DNA of 64,000 nucleotides from NCBI GenBank assembly GCA_964519835.1, contig CAZFLD010000002.1, positions 73,730-137,729 of the forward strand. Reading direction: 5' to 3'. Origin of the DNA: an uncultured Spirochaetales bacterium. GTDB taxonomy: Bacteria > Spirochaetota > Spirochaetia > DSM-27196 > CAZFLD01. Of the stretch, positions 9,068 to 18,773 are shown piece by piece. The translations under genes and the position numbers were made by a program. The notes beneath the pieces are model-generated. The model did no database searches. It saw only the letters and a program-made list of their open reading frames with translations, and was not told the origin of the DNA. Within the stretch, counting starts at the first letter, position 1. Every line of letters begins with the position of its first letter.

Positions 9068-9141
9068 TTGGAGGTGACGGGATTCGAACCCGTGACCCCT
9101 TGAATGCCATTCAAGTACTCTAGCCAACTGAGCTACACCCC
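9068..9141 (-). tRNA. tRNA-Ala (anticodon GGC)
   Basis: 74-nt cloverleaf folded by hand. Acceptor GGGGGTG/CACCTCC with G3:U70; D arm GCTC-AGTTGGCTA-GAGT; anticodon arm CTTGA-ATGGCAT-TCAAG; T arm ACGGG-TTCGAAT-CCCGT. CCA is not encoded. Confidence 0.9.
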
Positions 9142-9178
9142 CACTTACCAGCAGGCTCAGCAAGATCCTGCAACACGC

Positions 9179-9206
9179 CATTATCCGCGAATCTCGGTCC
9201 TTGTCA
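9179..9206 (-). promoter_or_regulatory. Candidate sigma70-type promoter for tRNA-Ala
   Basis: TTGACA (9206-9201), 16 nt, GATAAT (9184-9179) on the minus strand, about 37 nt upstream of the tRNA 5' end. Confidence 0.5.
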
Positions 9207-9277
9207 ACTGAACTGGTTCGAAGATCGTGGGGGAGCGTTGCGTGCCGGAGGCGGCTCAAGTATAGTAGTGCGCACCG

Positions 9278-9808
9278 ATGGATCACCGAACCACCACATC
9301 GGCGTCCGGCGCGTTTCACCCGCCGGACGATCACGTGTATCGGGCCATGATTATCCGCGCGGAGGGGCACAAACGAGAACAATCGTTGCTTCTCCAAAGC
9401 GAAGCAATAGAGGCGGCCTTTTTGCTCACCTGTCGAAACGTGGTCTCCAGCTATTTCCTAGAGCACTTTTCGGGCGATCGCGCCGACGAAACCTACTTCA
9501 AAGAGTTGTTCGGATGGCGAATTTGGAGATACGACACGGAAGACACACTCACCTATGCGGCCTACCTATCGCCTGATTGGGAATTTCCGGCAGCCGGTCT
9601 GTCAAAGCGGTACTCGGATCTGTCATTTGTCCTTGCGTTTCACGACGTCTGGGAGGAAGATGAGCAGTGGCGATCCCGCTCTTTTTGCGAAGTATGGCGC
9701 GCCGGGTCTCAACAAGACCCCGACAGCACCAAGAAAACCGCCGCATTGGGTGTCTTGGGGTCGGTTTTTGATCTCGAGTCCGTTGCGGGGGGACGTACCG
9801 ATGGATGA
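9278..9808 (+). CDS. Hypothetical protein, 176 aa
   Basis: Coding-like composition; no family recognised. The stop overlaps the next start (ATGGATGA). An alternative start is ATG 9347. Confidence 0.5.
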   Translation: MDHRTTTSASGAFHPPDDHVYRAMIIRAEGHKREQSLLLQSEAIEAAFLLTCRNVVSSYFLEHFSGDRADETYFKELFGWRIWRYDTEDTLTYAAYLSPDWEFPAAGLSKRYSDLSFVLAFHDVWEEDEQWRSRSFCEVWRAGSQQDPDSTKKTAALGVLGSVFDLESVAGGRTDG

Positions 9809-9989
9809 GAGTGACGAGAAGATAGGCGAAGGTATGGTCTCCGCCGGAGTAATGACCCAAGAACAGGTCGACGCGATCTTGAAGCGTCAACGGACCGGCG
9901 ACGACAGCCTTTTTGGCGTTATTGCCCTTGAACTCGGCTACGTCGAGCAGGACACGCTTATGCAGTATCTGGAATCAAAGGGGCTCTAG
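9801..9989 (+). CDS. 62-aa stand-alone T2SSE_N/MshEN-like protein (candidate c-di-GMP binder)
   Basis: KIGEGMVSAGVMTQEQVDAILKRQ and LFGVIALELGYVEQDTLMQYLESK both fit the 24-residue MshEN motif spacing. Start taken at ATG 9801 inside the 9555 track ORF, whose N-terminal part is Arg/Pro-rich shadow sequence. Confidence 0.55.
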   Translation: MDESDEKIGEGMVSAGVMTQEQVDAILKRQRTGDDSLFGVIALELGYVEQDTLMQYLESKGL

Positions 9990-10219
9990 GCCCGTTCAGC
10001 GCGGATGTACCCTGTTCGAAGACAGACGTCGAAAAGCTCCTTCGAGATGTATTCGCAGGATTCGCGCATCCCATGAATGCCGGTGCTGGTGATTCGCAGA
10101 TGGAACCCGTTGTGATCTTCGCCGAGGACTTCGAGATATGTATCGAGCCCTTCAACACCCTTAACACGAAACCGTCCAAGAGTCTCTGTTGCCGTCACGT
10201 TCTCCTCCCGTCTTATCAT
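9986..10219 (-). CDS. Small hypothetical protein (70-78 aa)
   Basis: The C-terminal part of the 9986..10417 ORF has coding-like composition. The long form would overlap the addB-like start. Start is either ATG 10219 or GTG 10198 (GGAGG 5 nt upstream). Its stop overlaps the convergent gene stop (CTAG). Confidence 0.4.
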   Translation of the reverse strand: MIRREENVTATETLGRFRVKGVEGLDTYLEVLGEDHNGFHLRITSTGIHGMRESCEYISKELFDVCLRTGYIRAERA

Positions 10220-10269
10220 CTTTATGATCGGCCGAGCCGGTGCGCGTCTCAAGCTAAAGCGTTCCACCC

Positions 10270-12936
10270 ATGAAGCGTATAGAGCCCATGAACGCGAGCG
10301 AAGTACTTCACGGCGACGCGCGTATCGAGGTCTATCCATCGGAAGTGATGGCCGCACAGGCGAGACGCCGTTCGGTTGACGCCGATTCAACCACGGCGTC
10401 GAACTACTATCCGACAATACGAGAGGATCGGTTTGTTTCGTGGGACGCGTTTAAGGAACGGTACTTCCCCCGGTCGGCACGGGAGCGACCTGCCAATCGA
10501 TTGATACGCTCGTTGTTCCTCGAGAGGCTGTTCCAAGAGGAGGGATCGGGACAAAGTGGGCAAAAGGGACCGCTTTCGAGACTGCTGCCGACGGAGTACA
10601 TCGACGCAATAACCGTGCCCGGCGGCTTGCTCCGTCTCCTTCCAAAGCTCCCGAGTATTCTGACGAATGCGCCCAGGTCCGCGCCAATGTACGCGGATTT
10701 GGCCTACTTGGACGGCCGGTACGAGCGATTCTTGGGAGAGCACGGCCTTTTCGAACCTGCACACAACGCCGATGCCGCTTTGCAACTTCCCCGGGTAGTG
10801 ATCTACTATCCGGAATTGATCGAGGATTGGCCTGAGTTCGGAACGAGTGTTATCAAGGCGGGCGCGGAGTTGCTTCCGCTCGTCCCCGCGAACGATGTCC
10901 CGCTCCACGAGCACGACAATACCCACAACGAGATTTCGAGTTGCCTCGACCGGATTGCGGGGCTTCTGGACTACGGTGTTCCGCCGTCGGACATCGTGGT
11001 AACAATCGCTCCGTACGAGTCGCTTGCCGCTCGGTTTGCGGCCGAGGCGCGAGTTCGCGACGTGCCGCTAGCCCTGCGTTCAGGGACCGGACTCGACGAA
11101 TACGCCGTAGGCAGGTTTATTCGATCCCTCGAGTCGCTGGGAACCGACCTGACCGCCATGCGGCGAGCGGTTCTTGACCGAGCCGTGCCCTGGAGGGACC
11201 GCGATACGGTCGCGCGGCTGGTTGCGATCGGCGTCCGATACGGCTGCCGACGGACCACGGACACCTACGACGGCTGGCGCCACGCCATCCTCCAGGCCTC
11301 CACCGACCGCGAGGATGCCCGCGGGCTCCGCCGGCTACTTCGGAGAATTACACGCGCCGCAACCGCCGTCGGCACATCGAGTTCCTTTGCGGAGGTGCGA
11401 TCACACCTCTACGCCTTTACGTCGCAGTTTCTGGACTCCGAGGCGTGGTCGTCGGTGGACAAGGCGGTTTTCCAACGCTCTGCGTCGCTGCTCGGCGACC
11501 TGATTCAGACCGAGCTGAGCCTCGGCATAACCGCCCGCCGCCCGTGGGCGTTCTACCTCAACGCCCTGAACGAGCGCCGCTACGTCGTTCAGCACGCGGG
11601 TGACGCCGTGGCCGTGTTCCCCTATCGCGTTGCCGCAGGCATCGATGTCCCTTATCACTTTGTGCTCGGCCTTTCCGACGCCGCCACCCGCGTACGCTCC
11701 GAAGCACCGCTGCCGGAATACGAGGCTGATGCGCTGGGGCTCGAGCCACGAGACCAGTCGGCAGCCTTCCTCGCGGCGTACAGTCGTCCCGGCTGTCGCC
11801 TAAGCTACAGCCGGCGCAGCCCCGATGGGGCGGCGGTGCCGCCGCCGGGCCTGACGCCGGCGGCCGACCCTGATTTCAACGGTGCCGGCGGCGCGGCGCG
11901 GGACCACGTTCGGCTGCCGGACCCGATTCGTGCCGAAGAGGCCATGTTCGCCGGTTTGTGTACCGGGCCGACAGCACTCGGCCCAACCCTACGCGCCTCC
12001 GCCGAGCGTTGGGCACGGAAAGGGCCGCACAGAATCGGAACACACGGCCGCGGCATAACCGGCGACTGGGTTTCCAAGGCGCTCGAAAAGGACGGCCGCC
12101 TGTTGGTAACTCCCACCCGCCTCGAGCGGGGGCTTTCGTGCGGGCTGAGTCTGCTCTACGAGAACGTGCTTGCTCTCGAGGATGAGGAGTTCGATCCGGT
12201 GGACGAGTCTCCCCGAGACGAAGGCAGCCTGTACCATCAGGTTCTCGAACGCCTGTTCGCTCGAATACGCGATGAAGACGGTCGCTTTCGCGCCGTTCAT
12301 TGCCCGGACTATCTTGCGTGGGCGAGCGAGACTATTGTTGCGGAGATCACCAAGCGGCGGCCACGGGGCGCGGTTGTCTCGGAGTTTGAAAAGGCCTACC
12401 TCCCCGCGCGGTTGCTTCCGGCCATCGCGGAGCTCCTCTCGTGGGACGCAAAGGCCCACGGGGATTTTGCGGTGGTCGGCCTGGAATCCACGTTCGAGAC
12501 ATCCCAAGGGACGGCGCTCCTTCACGGCCGGGTAGACCGGATTCTCGCAGACAAGGATGGATCGCTGGCGCTCGTGGATTTTAAGCGCAGCGGTCGATCC
12601 GTAAAAAGGGCCCGCTTCGACCCGGAATTGCCGGTGGAAGATCGGAGCCACCAGATTCCGTTTTACCTGATTCTTGCATCGGCTGAGGGAAGCGAGGTGA
12701 GCGAAGCCGCCTACTTTATCTTGTCCGAGGGCAAGGCTTCAGCTGTCGTAGGCGGGCCAAAAGCCTGGCTCGGCGACAAAGTCGCCGTCGACGAGGCGGT
12801 GGCCGCCACGAGAAAGGCGGTTGAGGTATTTGAGAATCGGGTGCGCTCGGGGGACTTCTCATCCACCGACGACAAACGCGCCTGTCGCTTGTGTAGTTTT
12901 CGCCCTGTCTGCCGAAGCTGCTACGCCACGGGATAG
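10270..12936 (+). CDS. addB: AddB/RexB-like PD-(D/E)XK nuclease subunit with Fe-S cysteine staple (no Walker A seen)
   Basis: 888 aa. C-terminal nuclease motif GRVDRILADKDGSLALVDFKRSG and cysteines C...CRLCSFRPVC (C-x2-C-x5-C). It lies directly upstream of the AddA-like gene (3-nt gap). Confidence 0.75.
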   Translation: MKRIEPMNASEVLHGDARIEVYPSEVMAAQARRRSVDADSTTASNYYPTIREDRFVSWDAFKERYFPRSARERPANRLIRSLFLERLFQEEGSGQSGQKGPLSRLLPTEYIDAITVPGGLLRLLPKLPSILTNAPRSAPMYADLAYLDGRYERFLGEHGLFEPAHNADAALQLPRVVIYYPELIEDWPEFGTSVIKAGAELLPLVPANDVPLHEHDNTHNEISSCLDRIAGLLDYGVPPSDIVVTIAPYESLAARFAAEARVRDVPLALRSGTGLDEYAVGRFIRSLESLGTDLTAMRRAVLDRAVPWRDRDTVARLVAIGVRYGCRRTTDTYDGWRHAILQASTDREDARGLRRLLRRITRAATAVGTSSSFAEVRSHLYAFTSQFLDSEAWSSVDKAVFQRSASLLGDLIQTELSLGITARRPWAFYLNALNERRYVVQHAGDAVAVFPYRVAAGIDVPYHFVLGLSDAATRVRSEAPLPEYEADALGLEPRDQSAAFLAAYSRPGCRLSYSRRSPDGAAVPPPGLTPAADPDFNGAGGAARDHVRLPDPIRAEEAMFAGLCTGPTALGPTLRASAERWARKGPHRIGTHGRGITGDWVSKALEKDGRLLVTPTRLERGLSCGLSLLYENVLALEDEEFDPVDESPRDEGSLYHQVLERLFARIRDEDGRFRAVHCPDYLAWASETIVAEITKRRPRGAVVSEFEKAYLPARLLPAIAELLSWDAKAHGDFAVVGLESTFETSQGTALLHGRVDRILADKDGSLALVDFKRSGRSVKRARFDPELPVEDRSHQIPFYLILASAEGSEVSEAAYFILSEGKASAVVGGPKAWLGDKVAVDEAVAATRKAVEVFENRVRSGDFSSTDDKRACRLCSFRPVCRSCYATG

Positions 12937-12939
12937 CCG

Positions 12940-15900
12940 ATGCAACTCGACCCTGATCAGAACAAAGCGGTTACTATCGACGAGACCTGCGTGGTGTCCG
13001 CGGGTGCCGGGAGCGGCAAAACATCGGTGCTCTCCGAGCGTTTTTTGCGTCTTATCGTCGAAGAGAAGACCTCCGTCGACCGCATTCTCACGCTCACCTT
13101 TACCCGCAAAGCGGCCGCGGAAATGCGTGAGCGCATTTACCACAAGCTTTGTGCCGGTAATGGAGGCGCCGCCCGGGCTGCCGTTGAGAACTTCGACACG
13201 GCTTCGATTTCGACACTCGATTCGTTCTGCGCGCGTATCGTTCGGAGCGAGGCTCTTCGGTTGGGCATTCCAAGAGAATTTGTAACGGACGAAGAGGCCC
13301 AACAGGAGCTCGTCGCGCAGACTGCCTATGACTTCCTTGCCGCCAATCGGCACAACCCCGTGTTTGTGGACTACCTCGCGGATTGGGGACTTGCCCGCAC
13401 TCTTGAAGATGTCTTTGTTGCGATCGGCACCCGATACGGCACACCGGGCGTCGACCAGGATCTCGAGGCTCTTTTTGAGGCGCAGGAGACGGAAACACTT
13501 CAGCGAACAAACGCCTACCTGCACGAACTTCGCACCGTGCTTTTGTCGATCCTGGAAATCGAGGGCGAAAAGCCCAACGCCCTGGCGAACGCCAAAAAGG
13601 CCGTCTCGACCCTAGCCGAGCCCGTGGGGGTCATCGATCCCGATCGCCTCGAAGACATCGGACACCTTGTTGAGGTTGTGGCGTCATTTTCGCTTCAGGT
13701 AGGCGGCTCAAAAAAAACCGAGGCTCTCCTTGCCTACAAAGAGTTGGTCGAACGAGCGCGAGACCTCGGGCGGTTGGTCGACGCAGGGCTCGAGATGCTT
13801 CGTCGTCGCTCGGAGACCGCAATCTTCTTTTCCGCCATTCTGGAGTACTTGGAGGCGGTTAAGTCGGCAAAACGGCGGAGCGGAATCCTCGACTACGCCG
13901 ACGTCGCCGAGTTGTCCATCCATGCGCTCAAGGCGAATCCGCTTCTCTTGGATCACTATCGGAAGCGGTTCGATGCCGTGATGATAGATGAGTTCCAGGA
14001 CAACAACGCCCTCCAAAAAGAGCTCTTGTACCTCCTGTCCTCGGTGCCCGGCACCGGAGCCTCCCCGGGGCCCGGCGAGCTGGCTCGCGGAAAGCTGTTT
14101 TTTGTCGGCGATGCCAAGCAATCGATCTACCGATTTCGCGGTGCCGACGTCTCGGTGTTCAGAGGCCTCGCGCGCGAACTGGCGATTGGGGACGGCACGG
14201 CCTTGGAACTGCGCTACAACTATCGCAGCTCACCAGCGATCATCTCCACCGTAAACACGGTGTTCGAGCGTGTCTTCGCCGAGGCCCACAAGCCGTATGA
14301 GGCAGAGCACGGCGCGCTTCTGTCCGGAGTCGAATCGACCATAAAGCCGCACATCGAGCTGTGGCTAAAGGGTGCAAGCGAGGACGAGTTTCTTTCGCCG
14401 GCCGAGGCCGAGGCCTACCACGTGGCGTACCGAATTCGCGAATTGGTGGACGGTCACGAGCTTCTCATTCGAGACGAGGGCAAAACACGGCCCGCCTCGT
14501 TCGACGACATTGCGATCCTATTCCGCAAGTCCTCCGTACAGCGATTCCTCGAGCCGATGCTCCGGCGCTTTGCGGTGCCCTATCAAACGGAGGCGACCCG
14601 CAACCTTCTTCTCGAGGCAAGCACAAACGACTTTTTTGCGATCCTCCAGCTGCTCGTCTACCCCCACGACAGGGCCGCCTACGCCGCGCTCCTGCGGAGT
14701 CCGTTCGTCGGGCTCAGCGACGCGGGATTTGTGTCGGCACTCCGACCGCAGGAAAACGGCGCCTTTGCTCCGTTTGTGCTGCACCCGGAGGAGGTTCTCT
14801 CGGACAAAGACGCTGAGCGCTTTGCGTTCGGGCACATATTGTTCGCGGACCTCGTCGCCCGCGTCGACGTCGAGACTCCGGCCACACTTGTGTCACGACT
14901 GTGGTACGACTACGGATATCGGTACTTCCTCCTCGAGAATCCTCGCCATCACGCCTATCTCGAGCATTTTGATTTCTTGTATGAGTTTGCCCTCGCCGCC
15001 GAAGGCAAGGCCCTGGTAGATTTTTTGGCCGTGCTTCGCCCCAAGCTCGGAAAGCCCGAACAGCTCGACGGTGTCGAGCCCATGCGCCGCCGCAGCGGTG
15101 GAGTGCGACTGATGACCATCCACAAGGCGAAGGGTCTCGAGTTTCCGGTTGTTTTCTTGGTAGATGCAGGGTCGACGACTCGACCGCGGTCCGGCGGTCC
15201 CCTTTTGTTCTCGGCTCGTTGGGGTCCCGTACCGTCCGTTCGCAGACACAACAAGAGCCCCCTGCCGCGAGCCGGTAAGTCGGTGAACCTGCTCTTTGAA
15301 GAGGCAAAAGACGTCGAGGCGGCCGAGGAAACAGCGGAGTCCAAGCGGCTTTTGTACGTTGCGTGCACACGTGCCAAGGATCACCTATTTGTTACGGCAT
15401 CTCACAAATCGGACGAACCGGCGGAGGGGAGCCACTACAAGCTCTTCGAGTCCGCCGTGCTCGAGGGCAACCTGTCGGACACCGTGACCCTCCGTGCTCT
15501 CGACGATGTTCCAGAGTCGGCAATTATACAGAGCGGGTCCGACCAGATAAGCGTCGACATGGCACAGGTTGTTGAGCGCTATCAGAACCTCCCCACACCA
15601 CGTGTGGAGGCCGGCGTGCCTGAGGTGGCGGTCACAACGTTGGCGGCGTCTTACAATGCTATGCGATGGGCCCCACGATGGGCCGCCGAAGAGGCCGGAC
15701 CGGACCAAGCGGGCGACGGCGGCACGCCCCAGGCGTCCGGTAATCCCGGCATCGCCGGCGGTCACGGGCCGGGCGCCGGAGACAAGACGGCGGGCGCACT
15801 CGATATCGAGGACCTCTTGACCACGATGGGACTCGAGAACTACTTTGGCACGCTCTGCCACCGTCTTATCGAGCACCGGCTCCGCACCGGCAACTTCTCG

Positions 15901-16431
15901 GCATTTGTGGACCCGCCGGTCGACCGCTTGGATCTGGCGCCCGACACCGTCGCTCGCCTGGTACACACCGCCCGAGAGCTCGCGCAAACGCTCTTCAGCC
16001 GGGCCGAGATGCAAGCTCTGGTGGCCCCGGAAAACCCCGCGGAACACGACGGAGCCGCAAAAACGGTGGAAAGCGAAGTCCCTTTTTTGATGCGCTTTGC
16101 GGATAAAGCCCTGGTTCGAGGCACGATCGACTTGCTTGTTACCCAGAAAGATCGATCCATTGTCGTCGATTTCAAGACGGACAAGCACGAGGCGCCGGAA
16201 CACCACGCCGCACAGCTCGCCTTCTACCGGTTGGCCGCCCGGAGTCTTGCCGGCCACGACGTCGTCACGTACCTCGCCTACGTGCGATCGGGGCGAATTG
16301 TTGAGGTCCTCGATGAGGGCACCGAAGCACTTTGCGACGCGGCGGTAGCGGCTTTCCAAGCCGGTCCCGAGCGTGGGCCGGGCAGTGGGACCGAGAGTTT
16401 GGTTGACGGCGTGCCAAAAGGCGGACGGTAG
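12940..16431 (+). CDS. addA: AddA/RecB-like UvrD-family helicase-nuclease
   Basis: SF1 helicase motifs (AGAGSGKTSVL, TFTRKAAAEMRERI, DEFQDNN, VGDAKQSIYRFRGA, MTIHKAKGLEFPVV, LLYVACTRAK) and a C-terminal nuclease motif (GTIDLLVTQKDRSIVVDFKTDK). Confidence 0.85.
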   Translation: MQLDPDQNKAVTIDETCVVSAGAGSGKTSVLSERFLRLIVEEKTSVDRILTLTFTRKAAAEMRERIYHKLCAGNGGAARAAVENFDTASISTLDSFCARIVRSEALRLGIPREFVTDEEAQQELVAQTAYDFLAANRHNPVFVDYLADWGLARTLEDVFVAIGTRYGTPGVDQDLEALFEAQETETLQRTNAYLHELRTVLLSILEIEGEKPNALANAKKAVSTLAEPVGVIDPDRLEDIGHLVEVVASFSLQVGGSKKTEALLAYKELVERARDLGRLVDAGLEMLRRRSETAIFFSAILEYLEAVKSAKRRSGILDYADVAELSIHALKANPLLLDHYRKRFDAVMIDEFQDNNALQKELLYLLSSVPGTGASPGPGELARGKLFFVGDAKQSIYRFRGADVSVFRGLARELAIGDGTALELRYNYRSSPAIISTVNTVFERVFAEAHKPYEAEHGALLSGVESTIKPHIELWLKGASEDEFLSPAEAEAYHVAYRIRELVDGHELLIRDEGKTRPASFDDIAILFRKSSVQRFLEPMLRRFAVPYQTEATRNLLLEASTNDFFAILQLLVYPHDRAAYAALLRSPFVGLSDAGFVSALRPQENGAFAPFVLHPEEVLSDKDAERFAFGHILFADLVARVDVETPATLVSRLWYDYGYRYFLLENPRHHAYLEHFDFLYEFALAAEGKALVDFLAVLRPKLGKPEQLDGVEPMRRRSGGVRLMTIHKAKGLEFPVVFLVDAGSTTRPRSGGPLLFSARWGPVPSVRRHNKSPLPRAGKSVNLLFEEAKDVEAAEETAESKRLLYVACTRAKDHLFVTASHKSDEPAEGSHYKLFESAVLEGNLSDTVTLRALDDVPESAIIQSGSDQISVDMAQVVERYQNLPTPRVEAGVPEVAVTTLAASYNAMRWAPRWAAEEAGPDQAGDGGTPQASGNPGIAGGHGPGAGDKTAGALDIEDLLTTMGLENYFGTLCHRLIEHRLRTGNFSAFVDPPVDRLDLAPDTVARLVHTARELAQTLFSRAEMQALVAPENPAEHDGAAKTVESEVPFLMRFADKALVRGTIDLLVTQKDRSIVVDFKTDKHEAPEHHAAQLAFYRLAARSLAGHDVVTYLAYVRSGRIVEVLDEGTEALCDAAVAAFQAGPERGPGSGTESLVDGVPKGGR

Positions 16432-16465
16432 AGCCGAAAGCCCGGACGTGGTAGAGTTTCGCGCC

Positions 16466-17452
16466 ATGAGCTCCGCCGAACGCAACCCTCGCGGGGGGAT
16501 ACCGGGCGATCCGGACGAACGAATCAGCGCCATGCTTCAGACCCTCGGCAGTGTCATTCGTGGCAAAGGCGAGTTTTTAGAGCTTTTTCTGGCGTGCTTC
16601 CTCGCCGGTGGTCACGTGCTTATCGAAGACCTTCCGGGCTTGGGGAAAACGACTGTGGCCAAGACCCTGGCACGCCTTATCGCAGGTGACGATAAGAACC
16701 CCATCGACTTCAAGCGCATCCAGTTCACGCCGGATCTGTTGCCCTACGACATAACCGGAGTTGATGTCTTTGATCCGGACAAAAAAAGCTTTGTGTTCTC
16801 GCCGGGACCTATCTTCGCCAACATAGTGCTGGCCGATGAGATCAACAGGACAACACCAAAGGTTCAGTCGGCGTTGCTCGAGGTGATGGCCGAGAGCCAG
16901 GTGACCGTGGGCAATACAACGCACACGTTGGACGCCCTCTTTTTTGTTGCCGCAACACAGAATCCGCTCGAAATCGAGGGAACATATCCACTTCCGGTGG
17001 CACAACTGGATCGTTTTATGATGCGTTTGGCGATCGGATTCCCCGATGCAAAATCTGAGTTTCGTATCCTCAAAGACAATCCCTCGGCCCGTGTCATGCC
17101 CGAAGTGCAGCCGGTTGTGACCGCCACGGATGTTGTGAAGCTCCGGGATTCGGCGGCGGGTGTTTTTGTTGCCGACGAGTTGATCGAGGCGACGGTCCGG
17201 ATTGCCCACGCCACCCGGGAGCACGATGCAGTGGAGTTTGGTGCATCTCCGCGGGCGGGGCTGATGCTGCTTGCCGCGGCCCGGGCCCTCGCGCTGGTCC
17301 GTGGCCGAGACTTCGTCACGGACGAGGACCTCGTCGATACCGTGGTACCGGTGATTGCCCATAGGCTGCGATTCAAGGACCCCCGCATAAGCGTTGCGGG
17401 TTTGCTTCGTGATGCCGCTATCGAGGCGGTCGATGCACCGCTCAAGAAGTAA
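16466..17452 (+). CDS. MoxR-family AAA+ ATPase (copy 1)
   Basis: GHVLIEDLPGLGKTTVAK, NIVLADEINRTTPKVQSALLEVM, FFVAATQNPLEIEGTYPLPVAQLDRF. Start ATG 16466 lies after the addA stop. Confidence 0.9.
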   Translation: MSSAERNPRGGIPGDPDERISAMLQTLGSVIRGKGEFLELFLACFLAGGHVLIEDLPGLGKTTVAKTLARLIAGDDKNPIDFKRIQFTPDLLPYDITGVDVFDPDKKSFVFSPGPIFANIVLADEINRTTPKVQSALLEVMAESQVTVGNTTHTLDALFFVAATQNPLEIEGTYPLPVAQLDRFMMRLAIGFPDAKSEFRILKDNPSARVMPEVQPVVTATDVVKLRDSAAGVFVADELIEATVRIAHATREHDAVEFGASPRAGLMLLAAARALALVRGRDFVTDEDLVDTVVPVIAHRLRFKDPRISVAGLLRDAAIEAVDAPLKK

Positions 17453-18773
17453 GCGCGCGGCCGGTAACGGGAAGCAAAACAGAGGATTCGCGCCCACCGC
17501 CTCGTGGTTTTTTGTCGTGAGTGTGGCCGGCTTGCTTTTTGTGGTCGGCGTTGCTCGCTCGGAACCGGCCGCCGCGATCTCCGGCGGCTTTTTTCTGGTG
17601 GCGCTTATTCTGTTCGCGGTAGCCAACACAGTTGCCTTTATGGCTGTTTCCCGGCGCCTTGGCAGAAGCTCACCGATCCACCTGTCCCCCCGTGTAAGCG
17701 CGGCAGACGAGGGTGAAACACGTACTCTACTGCTTCACATCGAACCGGGGGCCCGCGCACTCACCCCGTTTGCGCCGTTTTTGTTCTACGTTCTTTCGAC
17801 TGATCTCTCCTTTGGTACCAGAGCCATCTCCGCGCGTCTGCGACTTCGTACGCACTTCGACTCCGCCGAGCTGCGCGTAAGATGTGACCGGCGCGGCCGG
17901 TACACGGGACCTCACTTCACGCTTACCATCATGGATCTTCTGGGATTCACACAAACACGAGTCGTTTCGGCGGAGACTCGGGAGCTTATCGTACACCCCA
18001 TTGCGCACCCCGCAACCCTTCGACTCCCGCGCGCGCGGGAGGGTGAACGGACCGTCAGGTCCGAGCGGCGACGGCGAGGTGAGGAGCTACTCGAGGTCAG
18101 GGACTACGTCCCGGGCGACGATGTGAGGCGAATCCATTGGAAGCTTCTCGCCCACGCCGGGAGGTTGCTGGTGCGCGTCGAAGAACAGATCCCTCCGCCT
18201 CAGGCGCGTTGCCGGTTTGTCCTTTGCGGAGACACTGCTCTCCAGGCGGGAAATCGGACGGTGTGTGGGGATCCGGCGACCTACGGCGATCGGTTGACGC
18301 AGGTGTTCCTGTCGGCGTTCGACCGGGCCCGGGCGCAGGATGTCGTAGCCGAGTGGACAATTCCGCCGACCGACTCCGGCGGCGGCGGCGATTCCGGTCC
18401 GCGGCGTGGCTTTGACCGCGATGCCCTGCGCGACGGCCTGGCTGCCTTTTTGCCCGGCGGACCGCCCGACGCCACGTCCGTCGCCACGCCGCCGGACGAG
18501 ACGCCTACCATCGTTGTTGCGCCACCGGAATCGGCGACGGCCGCGCAGCTGGTTTCGCGGTTGAGGCGGCGGGCCCGTGTGTACATTGTGTTGCCACCGG
18601 GCATGGATAGGGTCGGCGAAGCTCGCATTGCGAGAATCAAGGCCGCGTTCCTTCGAAACGCACGGCGCCCGCCTGCACCATCGCCCCGGGAGCGGAACGC
18701 TGTGCAAGAAGCCGTTGAACGCGATATAGTGGCCTTCCGGCATGCAGGAGCTTCACACGTCGAAGTTGTTTAG
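17433..18773 (+). CDS. DUF58-family protein (copy 1; membrane-anchored, long C-terminal extension)
   Basis: Signature RDYVPGDDVRRIHWKLLAHAGRLLVRVEE and N-terminal TM segments. Start uncertain (ATG 17433 or track start 17394); it overlaps the MoxR end. Confidence 0.8.
   Translation: MHRSRSKRAAGNGKQNRGFAPTASWFFVVSVAGLLFVVGVARSEPAAAISGGFFLVALILFAVANTVAFMAVSRRLGRSSPIHLSPRVSAADEGETRTLLLHIEPGARALTPFAPFLFYVLSTDLSFGTRAISARLRLRTHFDSAELRVRCDRRGRYTGPHFTLTIMDLLGFTQTRVVSAETRELIVHPIAHPATLRLPRAREGERTVRSERRRRGEELLEVRDYVPGDDVRRIHWKLLAHAGRLLVRVEEQIPPPQARCRFVLCGDTALQAGNRTVCGDPATYGDRLTQVFLSAFDRARAQDVVAEWTIPPTDSGGGGDSGPRRGFDRDALRDGLAAFLPGGPPDATSVATPPDETPTIVVAPPESATAAQLVSRLRRRARVYIVLPPGMDRVGEARIARIKAAFLRNARRPPAPSPRERNAVQEAVERDIVAFRHAGASHVEVV

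Noticed and set aside
9068-9141. tRNA-Ala as an integration site for a genomic island (unknown genes lie on both sides).
   Set aside because: I saw no integrase or recombinase, no direct repeat of the tRNA 3' end in the flanks, and no obvious compositional break. The flanking unknown genes have host-like composition.
8997-9397. The N-terminal extension of ORF 7365..9110 (MAFKGSRVRIPSPP...) and ORF 9047..9397 on the minus strand.
   Set aside because: Both read straight through the tRNA-Ala gene (9068-9141). GSRVRIPS is the typical translation of a T-arm. The real protein start is ATG 8996.
13710-13717. Mononucleotide runs of 8 (A8 at 13710-13717 in addA; T8 at 29265-29272 in DUF58 copy 2; similar A8 runs near 25966 and 49812) as phase-variation switches.
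   Set aside because: All are in frame within intact genes, are at the short end for slipped-strand switching, and occur in housekeeping-type genes. A single sequence gives no evidence of length heterogeneity.
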